A stretch of 57,491 nucleotides of DNA, the filler included, from Catajapyx aquilonaris (lineage: Eukaryota), in assembly GCA_000934665.2 (NCBI GenBank). It is 3 parts of 3 records of this genome, joined end to end, with 100 filler letters (N's around TTAATTAATTAA, not from the genome) between each part and the next. Parts side by side here need not be neighbours in the genome. Positions count along the whole stretch, not along the records: positions 18,518 to 36,641 come from JYFJ02006727.1; positions 36,742 to 57,491 come from JYFJ02006728.1; 1 more part is not named here. One strand, written 5' to 3'. The notes under the pieces are model-generated. The model made no database searches, had not been told where the DNA came from, and saw only the letters and a program-made list of their open reading frames with translations. Position numbers and translations under genes: made by a program. This document shows positions 25,086-38,055 of this stretch, piece after piece; the stretch's first letter is position 1, and every line of letters begins with the position of its first letter.

Positions 25086-25846
25086 CGTGGGTTGTTTCAT
25101 AAGTCATTGCGCGTATTTTTAAATTCAAAAATGGTAACACATTACCTTTGCTGAGTTTTGGAGATCCGGCGATTACAATTTGATCTCGCATATACATGCC
25201 GCCCATATCACAAGGGGTCCTGAAAACAAAATGGGATCGTGACCCCCCCACCACACCATCGCCCTAAGAAGGACCGACCCTGACACGCTTGGGCCTGTTG
25301 GACGCTGCATGCAGGACACTCGGAGATGGACAACACAGGAGCTTGCTTTCGAGTGTAGGACAAGTCAGAGCACTATGACCTGAGCCATGTGTCATCCCTC
25401 ACCACAAACAGTTTTAAAAACCCATCACCCTCAATGCAAGAGTTTCAAGCGAGGGCAACATGGTGGCACTTTTGCACCTCAAAGAGATGGCGAGGAACCA
25501 GTGAGGATGCCAACTTCCTCAGACCTTTCAGTCTTTCAGAGTCCTCATAGTGCTCTGACTTGTCCTACACTCGAAAGCAAGCTCCCGTGTTGTCCATCGC
25601 CAAGTGTCCAGCATGCAACATCCAACAACTCCAAGCGCATCAGGCTCGGGCCGTCTTAGGGCGATGGTGCGGTGGGGGTGGTCACATTCCCCATTTGTTT
25701 CCTCGCCCCCTTGAGATATAGGCAACGTCTCTATGCCAGATCAAATTGTAATCACCGGATCTTCAAACCTCAGCAAAGGTCATCTCTGTATGTGTTACCA
25801 TTTTTGAATAAAAAAATACGCGCAATGACTTTTGAAACAACCCACG
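25086..25846. mobile_element. Tc1/mariner-type palindromic MITE (~300-bp arms)
   Basis: TA|cgtgggttgtttcataagtcattgcgcgtatttt ... aaaatacgcgcaatgacttttgaaacaacccacg|TA. Confidence 0.85.
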
Positions 25847-26099
25847 TATCTCCTAGGGCCGGCGCAAATGAGGAAATTTGGGAGCAACTTATTGCCTGCC
25901 CACCCACCCAGGACGGCACAGCACATGCGCTCTCCTGAGGCAATCAGCGCGTGCAGATTTCTTGCAAGCAAGAAATTTGGAGCCAATATGGGCATGCTGG
26001 GATGGGCTGGGCTGGGCCACGACACTTGTACTCTCAAGGAGGGAACATGACTACTTGGATGGTGGGTGCAAGTGGCCTCCCTCCCACATTTCCTCGTTT

Positions 26100-26884
26100 G
26101 CACCAGGCGTTAGGTTTATTTGGCCTCCTTTGTAGATTTACAATTAAAGTCAAACACTTTAATACTGGGGGATAGACCTACGAAGATTGCTGATAAGTCG
26201 GCCTTGCGTGATAATATTCCATCCAATAAAATCAACTGGGTCACACAAGCATGAACTTTGACTGCTTTGGGTGAGGTTTGAGACTGGGGCTCAATGAACA
26301 ATACTTTGCCTTTAGTTTTGAAAAAATATTCAGACTTTTTAGATACCCGAAGTCTTCAGGCCTTGTCCTTATCTTCTTGATATTCTTTATTCCGTGATAT
26401 ATCCATATTTCCTGCATTACTTAGCTTTCCTCACACCGTTAAAAATCACACGCCTGTTGGCCAATTTACGCCATCGATCACCGAGCCTTTTCCTTTTGGG
26501 CTGCAGGCTGATTTTTGACTATACAGAGGACTGCTCTTGGTGCAATATTGCCGAACCATTCACCCCCTACCATATAATTTACGCTTGTCCCTTTTTCCGC
26601 ACCCCCTGATATGAATTTCTGCACAACTTGCCTACCTATCCCCCCAACCGTTTTCTGTTAATGCTGGCTGACATAACCAAAGAACAATCCTTCAACCTGA
26701 ACAACTTCTTAGAAAATGTAATCAAAACAATAGTAATGTGTGACTGAGAGATGGGTGTGATTGGCCGACTGGCGAATTACGTGCATGTTCATATGCAAAA
26801 TGTTCCGTGGTTTAGAGATGTATACATGTATAAGCGATGGCGTTGTGTCCCCCTAAAAGGGCCCCGCCCTCCAATGGGGTATAA

Positions 26885-26915
<31 letters not shown>

Positions 26916-26918
26916 ATA
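26100..26918 (+). mobile_element. 3' remnant of a non-LTR retrotransposon (LINE)
   Basis: C-terminal CCHC knuckle CSWCNIAEPFTPYHIIYACP in ORF 26394..26609 followed by an (AATA)n tail at ~26884-26918; 5' boundary approximate. Confidence 0.6.
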
Positions 26919-27091
26919 TTAAAAAATGCCCTCGGAATCATTATGGTACACCTTACATATACCTTACACCATCTCCCGCTGCTCTTCATCTTTGGCCGCC
27001 ATTTCTGCTGGAAAAAAAAGAGGATTTCCTTCATTCTCTGACTGTCCCACATGTAATATTGGAAATATCTTAAAATGCAAACAAAGTTATA

Positions 27092-27271
27092 CAGTTAAAT
27101 CCGGATATAACAGCCTCCGCTAGAACAGACTTTCCATTGTAACAGACTTGCAAGGCTGGTCCCGGCATGCTTCCATATGTGGCTTGTGCATTCAGATATT
27201 TATAACAAACCTTGGTTTTAACAGACTGATTTCCGTGGTCCCTTGAAGTCTGTTATATCTGGATTCAACTG
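27092..27271. mobile_element. Tigger/pogo-type MITE
   Basis: TA|cagttaaatccggatataacag ... ctgttatatctggattcaactg|TA; related left ends near 38513 and 42522. Confidence 0.8.
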
Positions 27272-27722
27272 TATTGTTATTAGTACTGGCATGTCATTTT
27301 TCAGTTCTTCAGCATTGCCAAAAGGATGACTGCAGAGGCGAAACAGACTAATAACGCCTCCCTCTGTGTATGAGAATCACACTGTTTCGAAGAAAAAAAT
27401 TCCATACTGAACAGGTTTCTGTTCCAGACCTAAACTTCTTTATAACCGTATGCACAAGGTAACACAACAGGAAGGCTACACTGCTTCTACATATTCTGCT
27501 TTACGAGAAGCAAAATGAACTATGCTACTTGTAGCACTTGAAAGTCAGAGAGCTACAATTTTCATGCATAATAATGCAACCCCCTCCAATTGTGTGATCA
27601 AGAAACAAAACTATTGAAACCAGAAATTTCCCATTGTGTGTTCAAATGAAAGATTGGGACACACAGAGCTAGAAAATTTTTAGCCATCTATAGCAGTCAT
27701 GGCTGGGGCGTACGGACATTTT

Positions 27723-28172
27723 TTTTTTTTAGCTTTACCCCATTAAAGGGAACAGAGCCCTTTTAGGGTGGTGGGTTACCACCATTTTTTCTTACGAAAT
27801 TTTTATCGCATTTTTTCTCTCCAGTGCAGGGGTCAGGATAGGGATTTGTGAGGGGGGGATACGGGTGCAAGTGCAATGTCCGAAATTTGGGGGTCGTGTG
27901 CAGTCCCCCAGGGGGCCAAGCTGCAAGACACTCCCCTAGGTGCGGGTCAGAAACTCCCACCGACACCGCGCCTCCTCAAGGACAGGACAAAGATAGGAAA
28001 GGAAGGAAGCGGCTGTGGCCTATTTTACGGTACGATCCCGGAAATTTTTCCTGGAGCGACCATGGAAAACCACAGAAAACCAAGGTCAGGACCGCCGGCT
28101 TCCGGGACTCGAACCCAGGACCTCCCGATTAGCAGTCGGATACCAAATCCACTCCGCCACTACTGCTTCGGT
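27723..28172 (-). mobile_element. tRNA-derived SINE (family A), second copy
   Basis: Reverse-complement homolog of 6901-7090; poly(A) tail (plus-strand T run ~27719-27730); imperfect TSD ggc(g/t)tacggacatttt. Confidence 0.8.
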
Positions 28173-29130
28173 GGCTTACGGACATTTTCAAAGCGGAAAT
28201 TTCAGGTTGAAAAACTATACATGGGCAACTCAGAATAGAAAGAGGTTGTAAATGCACAAGTAATTTCTGACACAATGGGTAGGTATTCCTCCCTATCTCT
28301 GTAGGAGTAGGCTTCTGCTGCCTTCAAGGTCCAAGGTAACCCACGAGCAAGCTTATGGGTGAATGCTGATCAGCAGAAACAGGAGGACAGAAAAAAACCA
28401 CGCATTGCATTGTGTCAAAAGAAAATTTGCACTTCCAACCTCTTTCAACACTGACTTGCTCAGGAAAGTGTGCTATTTTGCAATAGATTTGAAAAGCATA
28501 CTGGCAGTCATGGATGCCAGAGTGTCATCCCTGTTTCCGTACATATGGACTACCCAGGAAATGATGGTACTGTACTACGCTTTGAAGGGAGTTGGATAAA
28601 CACTCTGGACAAACAAACACCAGATGCTGCATGCCTTTTATGGTATGGGATAACTGACCACAAACCAGACTACAAATGCACAATAAATCACACATACCCT
28701 TAGGCTCCTCCCCTACGCCTGGTTGCCTTAAATTGAGAAAGGTGCATAGCTTTAATTAGTAGTAGTCTAGCTAGACATCAAGTACTACATTTAAATATTT
28801 ATGGAGTTCTGGGCTAATATGCAAAAGTATCTGCAACAATCATCCTCTGATATTCCAACATTTTTAAGAAAGACCTAGCAACCTAACTTTTATTTTAAAA
28901 AATTAGTCCATTTGTGGCAACAATTTCCAATAGCCACACTACAATGTAAAATGAGCAAGTGTGTGACTCTCAATAATAACCCATTTTTTGGAGGGGTAAT
29001 AAAGATGATTGCACTTATATGTCTGTTAATACTTCAATGAATACACTTTTCCTAGGACAACCAAAACTTGGTACAAACCATAATTAACAATTACTACTGA
29101 AAGTAAAGTACGAGTATTTTGAGAGTATAG

Positions 29131-29462
29131 GGGAGGCGGAGTGGTGCTGCGGTAACGCACACGCCCACGGATGTTGAGGTCCCGCGTTCGATCCCAGCCT
29201 GGGGAAACCCCCTTTATCTCATGCAGAGTTCTAGGTCATCTCTGGCTTCGTCTCGGGTGGTATTTCCGTTAAGACAAACCACCCAGGGGAGTTCACAAAA
29301 TGACCACAGCGTCAGATGCACTGCACCTTGCACATCCCCTCCTGTCATCCTGCCCGTGGGCCCGGGCGTGTGGCAATGTACTGTACAACCCATTATTAAC
29401 AATAAAGGTCTGTGCAGATACCGATAAGGTGAGCACTATACCCCACAATTATTATTAATATA
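29131..29462 (+). mobile_element. tRNA-derived SINE (family B); tail split by Chapaev3 insertion
   Basis: B-box GTTCGATCCC; (ATT)n tail resumes at ~30440; TSD tattttgagagtatag at 29115-30 and 30447-62. Confidence 0.8.
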
Positions 29463-29465
29463 TTA

Positions 29466-30439
29466 CACTGGGGAACAAAATGAAAAATATTTTATGATGG
29501 CATGAAAGTTAGACCTGTTTTTGGGTATATCTGGGGTGCTGATTCCAAATATGGCATCAATTTTGCTGCATCACGTCAACTATTTGAGATTCGCTGCCTA
29601 TCATGTGCAGGTGTCGTCCTACCTCCATAATAATAAGAGCTTCCTCACTTGAAGAACCTCACTTGCCAATCAGTCTAGTTTTTACTATCATGCAACCGCA
29701 TGACATGTGGAGTGTGGTAGGCCACTGCACTGAATGGTGCAATTGGGGAAGATGGACAAAAAAATGTAATCAATGAACCTCTGGTTGACCGAGACAAAAT
29801 CATCCTGCCACCTTTACATATCAAGCTGAGATTGATGAAGCAATTTGTGAAGGCTTTGCACAAAGACAATTTGTGCTTTGAGTACATGTTGCAGACATTC
29901 CCTGGTCTAAGCAAGCTGAAAGCAGGTATTTTTGATGGTCCACAAAGCAGACAGCTTATAAGAGATTCCCATTTCACAGCTTCAACGGACAAGATTGAGT
30001 CTAGCGCCTGGAATTCGTTTGGTTTAGTTGTCAATAACTTTCTTGGCAATCACAAGGCAGAGAACTACTGTGAATTAGTAGAGAACATGCTCTCAAATTT
30101 TCATAAGCTTGGCTGTAATATGAGTGTCAAGGTGCACTACCTACACAGCCATTTAGATAGCTTTCCACATAACCTTGGTGACTTTAGCGAAGAGCAAGGG
30201 AAAGATTTCATCAGGACGTAAAAACCATGGAGGACAGATACCAAGGAAGGTGGGACCATGCACTTAAGTATCACGAATTTGGACGCAAGACGTGTAGAAT
30301 GAGCATATAAGGTGAATATGCCGTATCTCCAAAACTAGACATGATGGAGCAAAACTGAAGCAAGTTCTGGAATCAGCGCCACGAATACACCCAAAAACAG
30401 GTCTAACATTCAAGGCATCAAAATGTGTGTTCCCCAGTG
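29466..30439 (+). mobile_element. internally deleted Chapaev3 (CMC) DNA transposon with transposase C-terminal fragment
   Basis: Termini CACTGGGGAACA / TGTTCCCCAGTG with TTA TSD; LPPLHIKL.LMKQFVKAL...GIFDGPQ...FLGNHKAENY..LV...GCNMSVKVHYLHSHLD.FP.NLG..SEEQG is the Chapaev3 transposase signature; frameshifted. Confidence 0.88.
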
Positions 30440-30823
30440 TTATTATTATTTTGAGAGTATAGAAGTGATGTTACAGGCATGATCCAGAACTGTAATGTGA
30501 TAATAAAGGAGTCCATTATCACAGAACCATGGACGCTGGACTCAGTCTAGATCTGATCCAATGTTTGGTCGCAAGACACAGTGTTGTCAATCAACAGAGG
30601 CACAAACTGATCACATCCGATTGATATCAAATGTAATGGATTGTCATTGTTTCTGATTCTTTGTGTGCTGCCAGCATCAGAATTCCTCCCTGTTGACATG
30701 AAGTCAGTTGTTGTCTCTCTGAGACGGCAATGAGGTGCTGATCAATAAATTAGTGGGACTGGTCCAGTTTGCTCTGGGCTATGTAAATGACCTTACTCTT
30801 AAAATGAATCAAGTGATACTCAC

Positions 30824-30883
30824 AAAGGGATTGATGGCATTCGACTCGTCATACTTTTTCAACGGGCCCCAGTCCATCATCAG
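30824..30883 (-). CDS. putative 60-nt internal exon (gene unidentified)
   Basis: ttctcattttcgtag|LMMDWGPLKKYDESNAINPF|gtgagt; the only open frame is phase 0. Confidence 0.35.
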
Positions 30884-31790
30884 CTACGAAAATGAGAATA
30901 CACGATTATTCATGTAAGCTAAAATAAATTTCAGTTCAGCCTAACTTTATCATCCTAATCCAAAAAATCAGGCTTCACTCCAGTGAAAGTTTATTTAAGT
31001 TGCATCATGACTAGCAACTTGTCATAATGCATGAAATGGATAATATAGTCTGTATAGTGGCAGCACCTAACAAACTGCTTAGAAACATTGCTGCCGAGGC
31101 AAAGAGTTTCAGTGGAAAGCAATGTTTATGTATATAGCTCATGCAATTATAACTAATGTGATAAGTGATAACATATGATTTAGCCAGTAACAAAAGTGTC
31201 ACTGTCTGTGAAGGTTACCATACAGCTTGGCTAGTTTGTTCCACAGGGAATACATACATTTACATTGGCCCACTGCACTTTCAGGTCAACAACACCTCTC
31301 TCTTGCTGAGAACTGAGCATTACATCAGAAATGCATAGTTTGAATATGACAACAACAAGTGACTCTAGGTGTGAAAGTAATGCATCAGGAGAGGTGAAAA
31401 ATGGCCTCGATGCCTTTCCAGCAGGCATGAAATGGAATGAGGTCATTTTTTTGTATTCATATGTGCCCACTCTCAGAAAAACATCCCTTTTGTATGAGCA
31501 GTATGCCTGGAATGCTGCCAAGTCCCCCCTATCCATGGAACATATTGTGCAGAAGGCAACAGACCTTATGTGATGTAAATAACTCATGCTGCCAAAATTG
31601 TGCTGTTTGGATATCTATTGTAAGCCAACGATATAAGAAAAGGTAGGTATGCCCTACCCTTTGATATTACACACATTTAGAAAAGTTACTGCCATGGTAC
31701 TTAGATGCAAAATGGGGATATGCAGAACCTTACAAAGAGCTTGCACTCATATACATTCACAATACAAATAATAAGGGACTGTACACTTAC

Positions 31791-31841
31791 CCTCGCCACC
31801 CCACGTTGACTTCTCCTGCTTCTCCTCAGGCCCCTCAGGCC
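31791..31841 (-). CDS. putative 51-nt internal exon (gene unidentified)
   Basis: ttgttacag|...|gtaagt; GC-rich island in AT-rich flanks; reads GLRGLRRSRRSQRGVAR (phase 0) or PEGPEEKQEKSTWGGE. Confidence 0.4.
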
Positions 31842-31993
31842 CTGTAACAATTATTTAAATGGGACTGTTAATACCTGGTATTCAAAAAAAAATTACAGCG
31901 TAAACAATATTATAACTTTCAATAAGATTTGCTTTAATTTCAAGGAATGGCTCTTACATATTTTGCTCAATTATCAACTCTTACAGACTATAA

Positions 31994-32336
31994 TAATAAT
32001 CCTGGGGTAGTGCTTTCACCCCCAACTGGGGGTATAACACACGGACCTTTGTTTTGTATTATTATTGTACAGTAGTTGGTGCCTATTAATTGAAGCGCCC
32101 AGCCCCACGGGCAGGATGACAGGAGGGGATGTGCAAAGTGCAGTGCGCGGACTGTTATGGGTACATTTTGTGAACTCCCCTGGGTGGTTTAGTCTAAGAA
32201 AATACCACCCGAGACGAAGCCAGAGACGACCTAAACTCTGCACGAGATGAAGGGGGTATCCCCGGGCTGGGATCGAACCCGGGACCTTAACATCCGTGGG
32301 CGCGTATGTTTCCGCAGCGCCACTCCGCCTCCCCCA
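31994..32336 (-). mobile_element. tRNA-derived SINE (family B), second copy
   Basis: Reverse-complement homolog of 29131-29460; TSD ttacagactataa at 31981-93 and 32337-49. Confidence 0.82.
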
Positions 32337-32353
32337 TTACAGACTATAAGAAG

Positions 32354-32618
32354 CAAGGGGGTAGTCACTCCTCAAAAAAGTGTACACCAGCTCTCTTGAG
32401 CTGCGGCTCTCCGCGGCTCACCAGCAGGCTCACCCACGGTCTTATGGGCTCACCGATGCCTCGGAGAGCCGCAGAGAGCCTCGGAGAGCCAACTACGTCA
32501 CAACCAGCGGGGTTGATGATATGACGTCAATGTGACGTAGTTTTCCATCTGCTCTCCTCTGCTCTCCACGGCTCACCAGTGAGGGTGTACACCGGCTCTC
32601 CAAAGTGACTACCCCTTG
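32354..32618. mobile_element. MITE with 8-bp TSD (P/hAT-type)
   Basis: TIR caagggg(g)tagtcac / gtgactaccccttg; TSD ATAAGAAG at 32346-53 and 32619-26. Confidence 0.8.
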
Positions 32619-32794
32619 ATAAGAAGTGTAAAAGAAGTTCTGGGCTCATAAATATGGTTATAATCAGTAACCCAATGATAGACCCACAGTCTTATAGGGG
32701 ATCCTGTTTTACATGGCCTGGCTTGATTCATTATGACTGTTCCTGATGCATTGTGCGAGAGAGGATTGGCAGGAGCATCAGAAAACAACCACGT

Positions 32795-33355
32795 ACGAGG
32801 GCTAATCGAAAAATATGCTATGAGGTGCTACAGTTTTGACGCCATGCAATGGACAGCCCGAGCATGGGCATGTACGTCCATCCTTCTGGTACTTTATAAG
32901 ATGGATAGGCACCTTCTTGCAGCTTAAGCGCAGGAGCAGCAGCCATCGGACAAGACCGAGTGGCGAACCGAGCGTGCCCACCCACATTCCGCCTGGAAAA
33001 GTCATGCCAGACAGAAAGGGTTGGTCACATGGACTAAGGCAGAAGCGGGGGCAGATGTTCAGTTCCAGTGGTTGACATTTGACATGTAACATTCATCGCC
33101 GACTAGTGGAGGGTATGGCCCACAGATGTCATGTCTGAGCAATTAGGGCGGCGATATGGTGCCAACAATTTCGGAATAAGCTCGCGAGGGTGAAGGTGAA
33201 TTCCGGTCACGGCAATTACCGACAGTGTCCTCACTTCTGGCTTAGTCCATGTGACCAACTCTCTCTGTCTGGCATGGCTTTTCCTGGAGACACATGGGAG
33301 GACACGCTCGGGTTGCCACTCTCGTCCAAAGGCTGGATAATTGGAAAACACGTAT
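32795..33355. mobile_element. degenerate mariner-like element with internal palindrome
   Basis: Starts tacgagggc; ~32950-33050 is the inverted counterpart of ~33230-33327. Confidence 0.55.
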
Positions 33356-34890
33356 ACTGGGATAATGGTCCTAGATACCCTTAAAAATGAGCTGTTTAGA
33401 GGTTTTAAATTAACTACTAGTAAGTATTCCTAAGTAGACTAATCTAGACTCCCCCATGTGAAGGAGTGAAGCTTACCTGGGTTAAATAAACTAAACCAAA
33501 TTTTTTTAAAAAACTAATAATCTAGGTTTTTGAGAGCTTTCAAATTTTCTCCAATAAGACAAGGCATCAGAAGACCTTCGATCATTTCAATTGAGAGTAA
33601 ATGACAATGGTGTGTTGCTGGAGGCCAATTTTTTGTCACATGTTGTTTGGTGACAATAATTTCAATATATTACTAGAAAAACTCTCTTTATGCTCGTATT
33701 TTTCTATGACACAGGCCTAGAAAGCCAGTGAACATCCGCACATACAGGGTGTGGGCGGGAATGAGACAAGTGCAAGGCCTCTATATGGGCGGCCAAAATT
33801 AGGATGTTTCTGTCGCACATATCTCGGAAACGGCCAAGCAACTACATTTAGGACTTCCACCACTGTGTTACTTGTTACTACTGTGCACATGATTGACCCC
33901 TCAAATGAGTTTCAGCCAAATCAGAAGGGGACAGGTTTGGTCATTCCCTTATGAGTTAATGTTCCACTCCACTCTTCCAGCATCAAGATGGAGGTCAGCT
34001 GAGAGGAACAATATTCACCGTTGAAGCTGTGCTTCCTTTTTCAGAAAACAGTGACAGACAGTTACGACATGCTGAAAGCAATGTATGACGTAGACGTGTT
34101 CCACAGCATTCCGACGGTACAAAGAATTCAGTGAGGTCAGAAGTCAGCTTCAAAGGGTGGATAGCGAAGACAGAGTTTAAACCGCTGCTCAGTTAGATCG
34201 GGGTTTAAACCAGGGTTTCGCTTGGGAAGACCGGGTTTCCCAAGGTCTAGCATGGACAGAGGTGTAAACTACGGCTCAATTAGATGGCAGTCTTTGCAAT
34301 CCACCCAGAGAGAGATTTGCAAACTACCATCAGAGTGCTACGACAGGAGAGATCAATCACACCTCCAGTGCAGTGATTGTCTGGCCTTTTGCATAAGCAT
34401 TCATGACCTTGCCAGAGCGTGTGGTGTATCCCATGTTCCTGCCCACACAATTTTGCATCGACCATTTGCACATGCAACTCGTTAGTGCCTGACGCGACAA
34501 GGCCCCCGGATCTTAATTCCAGAGGATAATCAGATGCGGGGGGAGGTTTGCAAAGAGTTGCAACGTCTTGTGGACTAACAACGTGACTGGTAACTGCTTT
34601 TCATAATCTTAGCACGCCATACTCCTCCATGGCTGTTTTCTTCAAATGGAAGCAAAACCTCAACCCTGAATATTATTGTATACCTCACTGGAAAATCGGA
34701 ATGGAATATGAATCCCGGTCTACTTCTGGTTCCACTGTTGCCGGGGATTGCGGAATATTATTTGAACAGGAATTGGAATCATTCTCAATTTGTCTTGACT
34801 AGTCCTGTTTTATTGCCCCACTTACCATAAATTACCAAAAATCAGTACAAGAAATAAAGTAGAAGGTTGTGTTAATTTATGTTTACTCAC

Positions 34891-35004
34891 TTGTGGTGGC
34901 GGCGGCGGCTGAGGAGCCGGGGCCGCTGGACCTGGAGGTGGGGGAGGGGGAGGGGGAGGGGGAGGTGGTGGAGGTGGTGGTGGAGGTGCCTGCAGTTGAG
35001 GTGC
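34891..35004 (-). CDS. putative internal exon encoding a polyproline tract (gene unidentified)
   Basis: ccttcttccattgcag|APQLQAP18GPAAPAPQPPPPPQ|gtgagt; 114 nt; strong splice sites; prolines use mixed codons. Confidence 0.5.
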
Positions 35005-36641
35005 CTGCAATGGAAGAAGGTAAACTTGATTAATGTTAAGCTACATAAAGAATGGTCACAAAAGATTCACATCTGCAAGCCGCGGCTGCACTGAGGGAGA
35101 TTGTGATAAGGCTGGTGCCAGAAACCGTACAGGGAGTGCACCAAGGTGAATCAATTTTTTTCTCCATTGTGGCATTTAGATAAACTGAACAGAAATAAAA
35201 AGACTTCATTCTTAACTCTTGAGTGCTTCGCCTTGCAGCGAGCCTCTGACTCCTTCTCTGTGGCTGTAAAAATGGGGAAGTAGCCTTCATTTTGGAAACG
35301 ACATAATAAATTCGCCCATATTTTTTGGATTTTTTTGGGCATATTCCGTTTTAAGATATCAGTTTCAGTTCCGGAGATATTGGCGGTTTTTCGTCGGCAA
35401 ATGGTGACGGCACTGTTTGTCTCGAAAATGTTGACGTCACGCGAAGTGAAATGAACGCAAAAAGGGTGCTATAGAACGCGCCCCGTCATTGTTGTAAAAT
35501 GCTTCGCTGTTGTTAGCAACCGTCCCATTCCGTGAGCAAGATAGCGGCCGGGGCGCGTATTTATTCCAGGTCGCTCAAGCCGCTTTGTACATGGCAGTGA
35601 TGCCACCAGGTCGGAATTATCTGTCACCCGAATTCAGCACATGAAGGCCCCCTTTCTCCACCTCGATGGCCTACAGCCGCCTTGCGAATGCTTTCCGTCG
35701 TGTCCGCGGTTAATTCAAAGTCAAATTCCTCATATCTCGCAGTCAACCAGGCATTTCAGTGTACCCTTTCGATTGGCGCCACCCGGCCGGGACATTTTTC
35801 CCGCCAATTTTGAAGGCACTTTTAAATGGGCCGTAATTTATCCAGTAATGTCATTTTGATGCAGCAGAGTGATGGAATGTATGTTTACAGGCATGGGCTA
35901 GCTAGTTATGAACAAAAATCCCAAATCCCAGACCAAGGCTACTTCCCCATTGCAATTGGCTTGGTTAATGGACGAATCCCAGATATACTTCTGTAGGACA
36001 CATAAAAATGGCTGCCAATTTAATTACAGGAAGAATCTGGGATGGCCACCCTACCAAAAACGTCCATTAGGGTGTTGTCTACAAGTGTGCCAAATTTCAT
36101 GCTTCTATCATTAAAGGCGCAATTCTTACAAATATTTCACTCATCTGCCGTACTACAGGCGCCATGCGCCATCTACTCGCGCATTCGCTCACAAAGACTG
36201 CTCTCCTGTGTGCAATTCTCAACCGATGGACTTCTAATAAATGCAAAAATGTCCAGAATAAAGCCCGCTACAATGTCTACAGGAGGTTATTTTTTCTATA
36301 CCTCAAGGGGGAGCAGCAAAACGTGAGTATTGAATCTCATTCTGCATAACCGCTCCGGCAGTGTACATGAGAAGTTAGGTGTAGCCTACCATCACGCCGT
36401 TGTTGTTGCTCCGTTTCGGTGGCATAATCAGCCTGGTGTTCAAAAGGGGGGCGGCACTTGCCCCTGACTAGACATGTTAACTCACTAGACCTTATATGGA
36501 TCGAAAAACCAATATTGGAGGAATAAAGCTAGCGGTCGCCAAAAGAGGCGAAAAGACATCTTTATGTGCTGGTCACCAATAAATATTCTGCGAACTAACG
36601 ACAGGCTAATTTCGAACTCTGTAATAATAATAATAATTAAA

Positions 36642-36741
36642 NNNNNNNNNNNNNNNNNNNNNNNNNNNNNNNNNNNNNNNNNNNNTTAATTAATTAANNN
36701 NNNNNNNNNNNNNNNNNNNNNNNNNNNNNNNNNNNNNNNNN
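36642..36741. other. artificial assembly spacer (N44-TTAATTAATTAA-N44)
   Basis: Same linker as 18418-18517. Confidence 0.97.
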
Positions 36742-38055
36742 ATGTGTTTATTTTTGAATAATGACCTTGCATTCGGTGACAAAGCCATAAAACTTGGTAC
36801 GTTAGTTCTCTGCACACTTCCGAACATATCTGGACGTGAGTCACGATGACCCACCGAATGCACGCTCATTATTTAAATTTAAACACATGTTGCACATTCT
36901 GTTAGATATGGCAACCCTGCGATAGTGCCCTCCCTCGGGGTGGGTCATCGTGGCTCCACGTCCAGATATGTTCGGAAGTGTCCAAAGAACAATTCTACCA
37001 AGTTTCACGTCTTTGTCACCGAATGCAAGCACCCTATCAAAATATAAACGCATGTTGCACAGTCTGTCAGATATGGCAACGCCGCTATAGTGCCCTCCAT
37101 CGGGGTGGGTCATCGTGGCTCCAAGTCCAGATATGTTCGGAAGTGTCCAAAGAACAATTCTACCAAGTTTCACGTCTTTGTCACCAAATGCAAGCTCCCT
37201 ATCAAAATATAGAAGCATGCTGCACAGTCTGTTAGATTTGGCAACACCATGATAGTGCCCTCCACCGGGGTGGGTCATCGTGTCCCCACGTCCAGATATG
37301 TTCGGAAGTGTGCAAAGAACTATATTGTACCGAGTTTCACGTCTTCGTCACCGAATGCAAGCTCCCTATTCACATAGTTTACTTGGAGAGCCCATTAGAT
37401 CTGGCAACCCTGCGAGTGACCCCCAGCGGGGTCATCCATAGTGGCCTCACTTACAGACATGTTCAGTAGTGTCCGAAGACCAATTGGGGCGAGTTTCATG
37501 TTTTAGCAGTGTTTTATCACCGAATGCAAGGCCCTTATTCATGCAAAGGTGTGCAACACATGTTCGATTTGGCAACTCCGCGATAGTGACCCCTGGCGAG
37601 GCCACCAGGGGTCACCCACCGTGACCCCACGTCCAGATATGTTGAGATGTGTTCAAAGAACTACCGTACCGCGTTTCACGTTTTTATCACCGAATGCAGG
37701 CTCCCAATTCACATGATCCTCGCAGAGATGTATGTTTGGTCCGTTAGATCTGGCTGCCCTGCAAGTGACCCACAGCGGGGTCAGTCATCATGGCCCCACA
37801 TCCAGCCATGTTCAGAAGTGTCCAAAGACCAATTGTGGCGAATTTCATGTTTTTGTCACCCAATACAAGGTCCTAAAAGGATGCTGCATCTGGTAGTTAT
37901 GGAAACCCTGCGAAATGGACCACCACCGGGGTGGGTCATCGTGGCTCCACGTCCAGATATGATCAGAAGTGTCCAAAGGACAAGTGTACCGAGTTTCATA
38001 CTTTTGTCACAAAATGCAAAGTTTGGGTCAAATTTGTCCCTTAGCACCTGGACTA
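36742..38055. repeat. ~165-bp tandem array (~7 diverged units), probably the arm of a DNA transposon
   Basis: ccagatatgttcggaagtgt recurs at 36962, 37127, 37292 (165-bp period) and in diverged form to ~37960; the first ~90 bp are in the opposite orientation. Confidence 0.8.

Noticed and set aside
31231..31587. 118-aa minus-strand ORF as part of the cryptic gene
   Set aside because: A plausible acceptor lies upstream, but there is no recognisable domain and no clear donor; left unannotated.
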